From IMG/VR virus record IMGVR_UViG_3300028549_001550: 63,595 bases of DNA, one strand, 5' to 3'. Each line of letters begins with the position of its first letter. Within the stretch, counting starts at the first letter, position 1. This document shows positions 15,409-22,655 of this stretch, piece by piece. The notes under the pieces were generated by a model. It did not search any database. It had not been told where the DNA came from and saw only the letters and a list, made by a program, of their open reading frames with translations. Source of the stretch: a virus. The position numbers were made by a program, and so were the translations under genes.

Positions 15409-16022
15409 TCCATCACCTTATTAACCAGATCATCAAAAACAATGGGAATGCGGAAGGATGCCGCCGAAAGCAATGGTATCATGATCTCTCGCATCTGCGG
15501 ATGAGCAGTTGGCGCACACCTTAACTTAAAAATGTGTCGCCATTCACGGATATTGGCAGTAAGGACCAATTCGGTTTTAAGGCTGTTCGGAAGCACGGAA
15601 CGGGCCTTTTCAGGCGTAGATGTCTCCAGGAGGCGAAAGTATTTTTTCTCTGCAAACATACAAGCCGATTCCCATTCCAGCCATTCCGGGGATCCCTGCT
15701 CCCAGAAGAACGGATCAATAACGGTGATCTGATTGTTGAATTTATTCTTGGAATAGTTGCAGTACCGTGTTGATTCCTGAGTAACGCTTAACAGGCGGTG
15801 CCTGACGATTTCATGAGAAATACCCCTATCGACAATTAACCGCACTCTCATGAACAGGTGTTCGAGAGGTGTCATGTGTCCTAATTGCATTAGCTTGACA
15901 GCAAACAACTCAGGACTAATTGAAGGTGAAGATTGATAGCAGATATGAGCCGCCGCTTCGATCACTGCTATGGCATCAGGGGTGACGTATTCTATAAGGT
16001 GCCAGGGTTTTTCTATAAACAT
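15405..16022 (-). CDS. thyX: FAD-dependent thymidylate synthase ThyX
   Basis: The ThyX signature RHR-x7-S is present as RHRLLSVTQESTRY. The length (205 aa) and context residues HxxxLEH...HEIVRHR are also consistent. Confidence 0.88.
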   Translation of the reverse strand: MFIEKPWHLIEYVTPDAIAVIEAAAHICYQSSPSISPELFAVKLMQLGHMTPLEHLFMRVRLIVDRGISHEIVRHRLLSVTQESTRYCNYSKNKFNNQITVIDPFFWEQGSPEWLEWESACMFAEKKYFRLLETSTPEKARSVLPNSLKTELVLTANIREWRHIFKLRCAPTAHPQMREIMIPLLSAASFRIPIVFDDLVNKVME

Positions 16023-16318
16023 TATAGGTTCTCCCCATAGTCACAAAAAGCAATGATCTCCAGGTAGTGTTTCGCTTTACGAAGATCCTCAATACCGTTC
16101 TTCAAATCGTGCCTGAGGACGTACCGTATGACATGACCTTCTGTTGTGGGGATATTGTTCCTTTTTAGGAACTCAGCTGGCTGGCAGAAAGGAAACCTTG
16201 TTTTATAATGACTGCCGCCAACTTGGGTATCAAAGGGATTGATTAAATTTTTGGTGGGACCATCGTTGTCAATGGGGATATCTTCTGTATCTTCTGTATC
16301 TTCTGTAACCTGAAACAT
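16022..16318 (-). CDS. DUF3310-family protein
   Basis: VGGSHYK...QPAEFL...GHVIRYVLRHDLKNGIEDLRKAKHYLEI matches the DUF3310 pattern (GGxHY ... K-Y-x-x-R ... DL-x-KA-x-x-Y). Confidence 0.7.
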   Translation of the reverse strand: MFQVTEDTEDTEDIPIDNDGPTKNLINPFDTQVGGSHYKTRFPFCQPAEFLKRNNIPTTEGHVIRYVLRHDLKNGIEDLRKAKHYLEIIAFCDYGENL

Positions 16319-16321
16319 AAA

Positions 16322-16350
16322 AGCCCTCTCTTTGTTAAGAAGAGAGGGCT
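16322..16350 (-). terminator. 11-bp-stem hairpin; on the minus strand it is followed by TTTTAT (terminator of the repressor transcript and/or 5'-UTR structure of the leftward operon)
   Basis: AGCCCTCTCTT (16322-32) pairs with AAGAGAGGGCT (16340-50) around a 7-nt loop. The minus-strand reading gives hairpin, then UUUUAUG, where AUG is the start of the 16318 gene. Confidence 0.55.
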
Positions 16351-16375
16351 ATAAAACGAATCGACACCTTTTTAT
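16339..16375 (+). repeat. 37-bp direct repeat, left copy (36/37 identical to 17595-17631), bracketing the immunity cassette
   Basis: The repeat reads GAAGAG[A/G]GGGCTATAAAACGAATCGACACCTTTTTAT. A 30-bp perfect core lies at 16346-16375 and 17602-17631. Confidence 0.9.
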
Positions 16376-16757
16376 TTACCTATATATGTTCTTTTTGTCA
16401 ATGGCTTTCCTGAACTCTTTAAGAGTTTTATATGCTTCCTTTATAGTGTTTCTTCCGACATAGCAGCCAAACTCAATTATTAAACACTTCAAGTTTGATG
16501 TCTTTATCAAAAAAAAGGTTTTTTTTTAAACGTAGGAGCTAATAGACACATTCTTTTCATATTAAAAGCGTAGAGGTTTTTCTCTCGTGTCGAACTAAGT
16601 GCTCTCAAAAAAAACGATATCCGATTTTTCGGAGAAGATCGAAAAAATGTTTTAAACCCTACAGAGTCTTGCAACTCAAAATCAACAACATACTGTCTGA
16701 CTCCGGGGTAATCCAGCTCTAAACACAGAGGCGAAGTTAAGGATTTGATCCTTTTAT

Positions 16758-17156
16758 TTAACTCTTTTTTTTTTCAAGCATAGAAAGCGCAACCCCTTCG
16801 ATAAAGCCCTCTATAAGTCGGATTTTATCAGGGTCTGTTTCGTTTATTTGGTTTATTCTGTCAAATAAGCGGTCGATCATAGTGTATCTCCTTACAGTTG
16901 CCATTTCTCCATTTATAGATAGAGAACCTTCATTCTCTACTATCCTCTGCCCCATTTTTAAAAATTCATCGTATTCTATATTGAAAAAACTTGCAATGTC
17001 TCTTCTCGTCTGTTCTGAGCCGTTTCTATGGCCCTTAACCATTCCAGATATATAAGACTGCGTTACTCCAATGCTTAAAGCGATCTTTCCCTGTGATGTT
17101 TTAGTGTTCCGGATTAAAAACTCTAAGGCAGCGGCAAAAGGTGGTTTTGAAGTCAT
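16758..17156 (-). CDS. XRE/CI-like HTH transcriptional repressor (132 aa, no peptidase domain)
   Basis: The HTH reads TSQGKIALSIGVTQSYISGMVKGHRNGS. The gene is divergent from a Cro-like gene across a 203-bp AT-rich region containing palindromes. Confidence 0.8.
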   Translation of the reverse strand: MTSKPPFAAALEFLIRNTKTSQGKIALSIGVTQSYISGMVKGHRNGSEQTRRDIASFFNIEYDEFLKMGQRIVENEGSLSINGEMATVRRYTMIDRLFDRINQINETDPDKIRLIEGFIEGVALSMLEKKKS

Positions 17157-17207
17157 TGCGAACGTTCCTTTGTTTTTTTTTAATATCGATGTGTTTCCAC
17201 AAAAAAG

Positions 17208-17222
17208 ATAACTTAAAGTTAT
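17208..17222. promoter_or_regulatory. Perfect 15-bp palindromic operator candidate O1 (ATAACTTAAAGTTAT)
   Basis: Read directly. It lies in the divergent repressor/cro intergenic region. Related copies are at 17301-17315, 30473-30487 and 30492-30506. Confidence 0.6.
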
Positions 17223-17300
17223 AACAAAAGCAACCCTTTCCTGTGTCTATATATAGTCTATAAAATTTGAAGAACTATATAATATCCTAAAGTTTATATT

Positions 17301-17315
17301 ATCACTAAAAGTTAT
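17301..17315. promoter_or_regulatory. Operator candidate O2 (ATCACTAAAAGTTAT, 13/15 to O1)
   Basis: It has the same right half-site AAGTTAT and a left half-site matching 5/7. A weaker third copy ATATCCTAAAGTTTA lies at 17282-17296. Confidence 0.45.
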
Positions 17316-17324
17316 AATGTTGGC

Positions 17325-17351
17325 TTGACATCAACATCTATTTGTTATAAT
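17325..17351 (+). promoter_or_regulatory. Rightward sigma70-like promoter for the cro-like gene (TTGACA, 15-nt spacer, extended -10 TGTTATAAT)
   Basis: TTGACA lies at 17325-30 and TGnTATAAT at 17343-51. The ATG at 17360 follows only 8 nt after the -10 box and has no SD, so the mRNA would be leaderless or nearly so. Confidence 0.55.
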
Positions 17352-17359
17352 CAAAACAC

Positions 17360-17566
17360 ATGGCTTATACACAAACAGAGTTAGGACGGCTGGTGGGAAA
17401 AACGCAGGGTTACATTTCCATGGTTTGCAGAGGGAAGCGTACACCCTCATGGGCTACGGCTCTTGCCCTTGCCGAACACACAGGGATCAGCACCGATGAC
17501 TGGCAAGGTTTCAACAAAGAAAAGATAATGGAGGTGGTCGAATGTAGAGAAACAGAGGATAACTAA
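17360..17566 (+). CDS. Cro-like small HTH regulator (68 aa)
   Basis: The HTH reads YTQTELGRLVGKTQGYISMVCRGKRTPS. It is divergent from the CI-like gene. Confidence 0.75.
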   Translation: MAYTQTELGRLVGKTQGYISMVCRGKRTPSWATALALAEHTGISTDDWQGFNKEKIMEVVECRETEDN

Positions 17567-17594
17567 TAGTTAAGAATATCACTTTTGGATGAAT

Positions 17595-17631
17595 GAAGAG
17601 GGGGCTATAAAACGAATCGACACCTTTTTAT
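17595..17631 (+). repeat. 37-bp direct repeat, right copy
   Basis: See the left copy. It lies 37 nt upstream of the first replication-module gene (17668). Confidence 0.9.
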
Positions 17632-17667
17632 AGAACACCTCGAATACGACAAAAAAGGGAAAAAATA

Positions 17668-18459
17668 ATGTCAGAAAAAAATGTAATCTCTTTTGATTTA
17701 GAAACTATTGCAGATCGGAGAATGCTTGACTATCTACCAGACAGCAAGGCGAATGCCCGGTTGAAATCACCAGACAAGCTACAGGTTGAGGTGGATGAAA
17801 TAGGGGCGGTAATCTCTGCACCATCATTTATAGACCTGTCCGAAAAGGCCCAGGCCAAACTTCAAAAAGACCTGGTTAAAGCCCAGGGTGCTGTAGCCAT
17901 TGCCTTGGAAAAGATCAGTTTAGACCTAGCTGAAAAGACGATCAAACAAGTAGCAGAAATGGGTCTTGATCCTGCAATGAACATGATCTGTTCTGCGGCT
18001 TGGTCTGATGCCACAGGAAAAAACGGTTGCATCCTTTTAAAAGAAGAATCTGGAGAAGCAGAGAAGAGCCTCCTGATTGATTTGTGGGCAATCCTGGACG
18101 AATACAACCACTTCGTAACCTACAATGGCCGGGGGTTTGATATTCCCTGCCTCCTTCTCCACGGGATGGAGTATGGCGTAAGGCCCTCGGTGAACATCGA
18201 CAAAGGCAGGTACAACAAAGGCAATCACACCGATCTCCGGGGGATACTGGCCGGGGAAGGTGCTTTCGCCAAAGGGAAGTTGGATTTTTTCGCAAAGAAA
18301 TATTTGGGCCGGGGCAAAGCAGATGGAATGTCTGGCGATCAGGTTCAAACCTATTGGGATCTGGAGCTGTACGAGGACATCATGGAGTACAATATCGAGG
18401 ATGCGGTATTGACTATGGACCTTTATAAAATGGCCGATATAGCTGGCCTCCTGGAGTAA
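17668..18459 (+). CDS. 3'-5' exonuclease, RNase H-like fold (PolB-exonuclease-related)
   Basis: DEDD-type motifs are present: ISFDLET, VTYNGRGFDIPCLLLHG and EYNIEDAVLTMDLY. Confidence 0.75.
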   Translation: MSEKNVISFDLETIADRRMLDYLPDSKANARLKSPDKLQVEVDEIGAVISAPSFIDLSEKAQAKLQKDLVKAQGAVAIALEKISLDLAEKTIKQVAEMGLDPAMNMICSAAWSDATGKNGCILLKEESGEAEKSLLIDLWAILDEYNHFVTYNGRGFDIPCLLLHGMEYGVRPSVNIDKGRYNKGNHTDLRGILAGEGAFAKGKLDFFAKKYLGRGKADGMSGDQVQTYWDLELYEDIMEYNIEDAVLTMDLYKMADIAGLLE

Positions 18460-18460
18460 A

Positions 18461-20278
18461 ATGAAAACCATTACAAGTGTTAAAAACTTGGCTGTACGGC
18501 TGAATGAATCCGGCAAGATCAAAATTGGCGAGAAGGGCGCTTTGGTAAAATCAAAGAATGGCGCAGAGTTTCGCCAGCCGTCAAAATTTGACTACTTCAA
18601 GATCACCACCACGGAAAAGGGGGCTGACGAAAACTACCTGCCAGATACCGTCATTATGGACGAGATCAAAAAAAACCCGGCATTTTTGAATGAAGCCGGG
18701 AACATTGTTAAAATCCCCATCCGATTATTGTACGATGCTGACGATTTGAATTTTCCTGTTAAATACGTGTCTTACATGAACGGGAAGATGTCCTGCTATG
18801 GCGATGGTGAGGAATCATTTAAGGCGATCAAGGACAACTTTGAAACCCCTTGCAAATGTCCCTGTCCCAGGAGCGCACCGGGATATAAGGGCACCGACAA
18901 ATGCAAGCTGTCCGGGGCTTTGACTTGCGTAATAGACGGTTCTGAGTATTTTGGACAGACCCACACATTTAGGACAACAGGCGTTAATTCCGTGTCCGGT
19001 ATCCTGGGATCACTGCACCTTATAAAGAATATCACCAATGGCAAGGTGGCACGGTTGCCCTTGCTCCTGGTCTTGTCTGCAAAAAACACCATCACTCCTG
19101 ACGGTTTCCCGACAAAGGTCTATGTCGCTTCGATATGGGTTAATGGCACCCTGAACAATTGCCGGACAGAAGCCTTATCCCTTGTCCAGGAGGAGAAACA
19201 GTTCCTTATCTCCATGGATGACATCGAGACAACTGCCAGGAAGTTAAGCCTGGACAAGCTGACCATTGATGAAGTGGAAGAGAAGGAGTTTGTGGAGGAG
19301 TTTTTCCCTGAAGCACGGGCCAAAGACACAACCATTGTTGTTGCCCAGGTTGTTGCCCCGGTTGTTGCCCAGGCAGAACCAGCAATAGATCCGGCACCGG
19401 AAGTAGAACCCATCAAAGAGACAGCGACGGAAAGCTCTGTTCCTTTGGTGGAGTCAACAGAATGCTACTTGGGGGAGTTTCCTGTTGCGGGTTACGCAAA
19501 GGTTTATGAGGCGTTCCTGGCTGAACAAGACCTGGAAAAGGCCATGGCCTTTGCAAAACGGTTGCGTAAGGAAAACCTGCAATACTGGATATCAACAGTA
19601 TATCCCGACATGGATTTTTCCGAATCAGCAAAAAAGCCGGAACTGCTGGAGCTGGTTGAAAGTATCTTGGCTTCCACCCTTCCTGTACAGGCACCGGAAA
19701 CGGAAACGGAAGCACCAGCACAGGCACCAGCACCGGAAACGGAAAACCTTGAAACAATCAAGGCCTTAATCCTGGGATCCTCAGATAAAATTCAAGCGCA
19801 TCCGCTCCTTGTTCACATTGCCAAGGCCACAACAAGAAAAGAGATAGCAGACCTGGTTGTCAAATGGTTTGCGCCTAACCCTGTTGATATCAGCCAAGAC
19901 ACTGAGGATTTGGTGGATATGTCTATCAAGCGGATTGAAGTCTTGAATGGTTCGGCCTTTCTGAATACGGAAAAGGTTGAAGAGGTGTCCGAGGTTAAAG
20001 AGGTGGCAGAGGTCGAGGAAACAGGCAAGGCCACGTATGTAAGAGATTGGGACTCATCCGGGCCTTTAGTGCGAGAGCAGAAAATAGCAATCGCCAGGAT
20101 AAAAAAGGCCCTGGAAGATTCAGGCAAGCTGTCAAAGGATCCGGCAAAATGGGCCGTGCTGGTTCAGTATTTTCTGGACAAAGACGGCAAGGCCATTACA
20201 TCGGCAAAAGAGATGACCCAGGTACAGGCAGACACATTCATGACAATGTTGAAGGTCAACATTGTCATACCCTTTTAA
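18461..20278 (+). CDS. Hypothetical replication-module protein (605 aa) with a Cys cluster and acidic Pro/Ala/Glu low-complexity linkers
   Basis: The N-terminus reads KIKIGEKGALVKSKNGAEFRQPSKFDYFKITT. The Cys cluster reads SCYGDG...PCKCPCPRS...DKCKLSGALTC. Linkers read VVAQVVAPVVAQAEPAIDPAPEVEP and QAPETETEAPAQAPAPETEN. No confident family. Confidence 0.6.
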   Translation: MKTITSVKNLAVRLNESGKIKIGEKGALVKSKNGAEFRQPSKFDYFKITTTEKGADENYLPDTVIMDEIKKNPAFLNEAGNIVKIPIRLLYDADDLNFPVKYVSYMNGKMSCYGDGEESFKAIKDNFETPCKCPCPRSAPGYKGTDKCKLSGALTCVIDGSEYFGQTHTFRTTGVNSVSGILGSLHLIKNITNGKVARLPLLLVLSAKNTITPDGFPTKVYVASIWVNGTLNNCRTEALSLVQEEKQFLISMDDIETTARKLSLDKLTIDEVEEKEFVEEFFPEARAKDTTIVVAQVVAPVVAQAEPAIDPAPEVEPIKETATESSVPLVESTECYLGEFPVAGYAKVYEAFLAEQDLEKAMAFAKRLRKENLQYWISTVYPDMDFSESAKKPELLELVESILASTLPVQAPETETEAPAQAPAPETENLETIKALILGSSDKIQAHPLLVHIAKATTRKEIADLVVKWFAPNPVDISQDTEDLVDMSIKRIEVLNGSAFLNTEKVEEVSEVKEVAEVEETGKATYVRDWDSSGPLVREQKIAIARIKKALEDSGKLSKDPAKWAVLVQYFLDKDGKAITSAKEMTQVQADTFMTMLKVNIVIPF

Positions 20279-20303
20279 CAATATAAAATAAGGAAAAAAT
20301 ACC

Positions 20304-20972
20304 ATGGCAGAAGCAATAGCATTGGATTGGGACGAGTATGATGCAGAAGAAGAGATCACAGAAGAGGACCAGAAGGGCTCGAACGATCTAGAACGCCAAC
20401 TACTTGTTGGAAAGTTCGTTTGTTCCGTTTCTGATGTTTCCCTGAAAGAGATCCCTGCCGGGATGGTTGGCATCCAGGTTACGTTTAAGTTCCGGATTGA
20501 ACACGTTCTCGCATTTGAGACGATCATTAAAGATAAGGATGGCAAGACAGTTATGAGGCCAGATTCGTCTGGCATTGATCAGCCGGTCTTGAAAAAGCTC
20601 CCTGTACCTGCTGACAATCAAGACTCCTTAAACGCCTTGCTTTGTGGCCAGCTCATTTTTGACCAGGTTAAATATCCATCAGACGAGGCCAAGGACGATG
20701 CCAAGGGCACACACAAGAGAAGAAGGCTGTTCGTGGCCAAGAAACTTGGCATCATTGATGAGAAGGCTACGGCATTCAAGCGGAAACAGTGGCTTGACGC
20801 AAAAGACAAGTTTGTAATCATCGAAACCGAGCGGAATACGTACACCGCAAAATCCGGCGAAGAGGTCATAAATCACCAGGTTATTTTCTTTGGCGGTTAT
20901 GAAACCCTGGCATCAGCCGGGCTTGACCCTGCAACATTCATCGGCACCGATGATGAGTATGACGACATTTAA
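20304..20972 (+). CDS. Hypothetical protein (222 aa, acidic termini)
   Basis: The ORF has AAGGAAAAAA upstream and its stop overlaps the next start (TAATG). No family recognised. Confidence 0.6.
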   Translation: MAEAIALDWDEYDAEEEITEEDQKGSNDLERQLLVGKFVCSVSDVSLKEIPAGMVGIQVTFKFRIEHVLAFETIIKDKDGKTVMRPDSSGIDQPVLKKLPVPADNQDSLNALLCGQLIFDQVKYPSDEAKDDAKGTHKRRRLFVAKKLGIIDEKATAFKRKQWLDAKDKFVIIETERNTYTAKSGEEVINHQVIFFGGYETLASAGLDPATFIGTDDEYDDI

Positions 20973-21754
20973 TGGCTGATAAAATAGCATATCACCCTAA
21001 TGGGGTGAGTGTTATCACGTTCCTGGAAGGGCCGCACACATACATGGATAACAATGGTATGCGGTATCTTTCAGGAACGTCTCTCGTTAAAAAGTTCTGG
21101 ATATCGTTTGACGCTGTTTCCATGGCTGACAAATGCTCCAAGGGCCGCAATCCCAAGTATCAAGGGAGAACAGCCGAGGAAATTTTAGAGGAATGGGAAG
21201 CTGAACGGTTGAGAGGTTCGAGCGAAGGAGATAACACCCATCTTTATGCCGAAGCGGTTAGCGCAGGATGGCCGATGGCAGACAGACCTGCACCGATATC
21301 GGAAAGGACAACCCTTCTCTTTGCCCAGGTTGATCTTGTCCATGACTTTTTAACGAGAGTTCGAGGATTTGTTTTTGTCTCTGCGGAGATGGTGGTGTTT
21401 GATCCTGCCCTGGGCCTTGCCGGTATGATTGATTTAATAATGTATGAGCCGAGTACAGAAACCCTATGGATACTGGACTGGAAGCAGAATAAAGAAATAA
21501 AGACCCAAAACCCATGGCAAATGGGCAAAGGGCCTTTATCTCACTTACAACAAACGGATTTAAATATTTATACACTTCAACTTTCAACATATCAGTATTT
21601 GATCGAGAAAAACAGATATTTTCCCCATTCCCATAAAATCAGACGGGCCTTAATCCATATTAAACCCCATGAGTACGAGATAATACCCCTTAATTATTGG
21701 AACTACGAGGTTGAGGAGATGTTTAGAGCATCAAAGGAGATCAACTTTGAATGA
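20972..21754 (+). CDS. PD-(D/E)xK nuclease (Cas4/RecB-exonuclease-like, no Cys cluster seen)
   Basis: GMIDLIMYEPSTETLWILDWKQNK shows the D ... D-x-K arrangement, followed by QLSTYQYL (QxxxY). Confidence 0.65.
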   Translation: MADKIAYHPNGVSVITFLEGPHTYMDNNGMRYLSGTSLVKKFWISFDAVSMADKCSKGRNPKYQGRTAEEILEEWEAERLRGSSEGDNTHLYAEAVSAGWPMADRPAPISERTTLLFAQVDLVHDFLTRVRGFVFVSAEMVVFDPALGLAGMIDLIMYEPSTETLWILDWKQNKEIKTQNPWQMGKGPLSHLQQTDLNIYTLQLSTYQYLIEKNRYFPHSHKIRRALIHIKPHEYEIIPLNYWNYEVEEMFRASKEINFE

Positions 21755-22655
21755 AAATTTGACTGAAAAAACAGAGGTACGGGGGTTGCTCGATAAAATC
21801 ATTTATCAGAACGATAATGGTTTTCTCATTGCAAGTTTCTTATCTGATGGAGGAGCTATCACGGCATTGGGGACGTTAATCAATCCCCAGGTTGATCTTG
21901 ATTATCAATTGACCGGGGAATGGTCGGAAACATCCACCCATGGCAAGCAGTTTAAATTTTCAGGGCATAGAACCATGCTTCCCCAGGATCCTAACGGTAT
22001 ATTTAAGTATATTGTGCGGATTTGCAAATATGTAGGGGTTGAGGTCGGGAACGATCTCGTTAACAGATACAAAGGCGAAACTCTAAATGTTTTGCGCCTG
22101 GATCCTGATCGAGTCTCCAAGGAGACAAAGGGTTTAACTCTTGCCAGGGCAGAAGAGATCCGGAAATCACTGATCGACAATCAAAAGAACGAACAGGTCC
22201 AGGTTGACTTAGAGGCGTTGCTTGATGTCCCAGGGATGCGGAAAGCCTTGGTGAAAGAGCTTATTGACGAATACAGAGATAACGCTCCTGCCAAAATAAA
22301 AGAGAATCCATACATCTTAACGGATTTTCACCGGGTCGGTTTTTTAATGGCAGATAAGGTGGCGGTGCTAAAGGTCGGCATTGCCAGGGATCACGTCAAA
22401 CGGAAGATGGCCGCTACGCTCCATTGCATCAAGGAAAATATGCAGGAGGGGAACGTTTGGATTTTAAAGGCCGAGCTGATTACAAAAATCACAGACCTGA
22501 TCCAGGTATCAGAACCCGATGCCGGGATCAAGGAGTTGTTAAAAAAGGGCAAAATCGTCAAGAAACGTGGAGCATATGCAACAACAAAAGCATCCAAAGA
22601 TGAAGAAGCAATCGCAAAATTTTTAATTGGAGGCGTGAATGTCACCTACGCATGA
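21747..22655 (+). CDS. RecD2-like helicase N-terminal module encoded as a separate ORF
   Basis: VRGLLDKIIYQNDNGFLIASFLSDGGAITALGTL...LTGEWSETSTHGKQFKF resembles the N-terminal OB/SH3 plus HhH region of RecD2-type helicases. TTG 21747 lies 6 nt after AAGGAGA, whereas the track start is TTG 21711. Confidence 0.6.
   Translation: MNENLTEKTEVRGLLDKIIYQNDNGFLIASFLSDGGAITALGTLINPQVDLDYQLTGEWSETSTHGKQFKFSGHRTMLPQDPNGIFKYIVRICKYVGVEVGNDLVNRYKGETLNVLRLDPDRVSKETKGLTLARAEEIRKSLIDNQKNEQVQVDLEALLDVPGMRKALVKELIDEYRDNAPAKIKENPYILTDFHRVGFLMADKVAVLKVGIARDHVKRKMAATLHCIKENMQEGNVWILKAELITKITDLIQVSEPDAGIKELLKKGKIVKKRGAYATTKASKDEEAIAKFLIGGVNVTYA

Noticed and set aside
16386-16463. A 25-aa hydrophobic plus-strand ORF (MFFLSMAFLNSLRVLYASFIVFLPT) as a type I toxin
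   Set aside because: It has no RBS or promoter and is antisense to a more protein-like cryptic frame, so it is too speculative.
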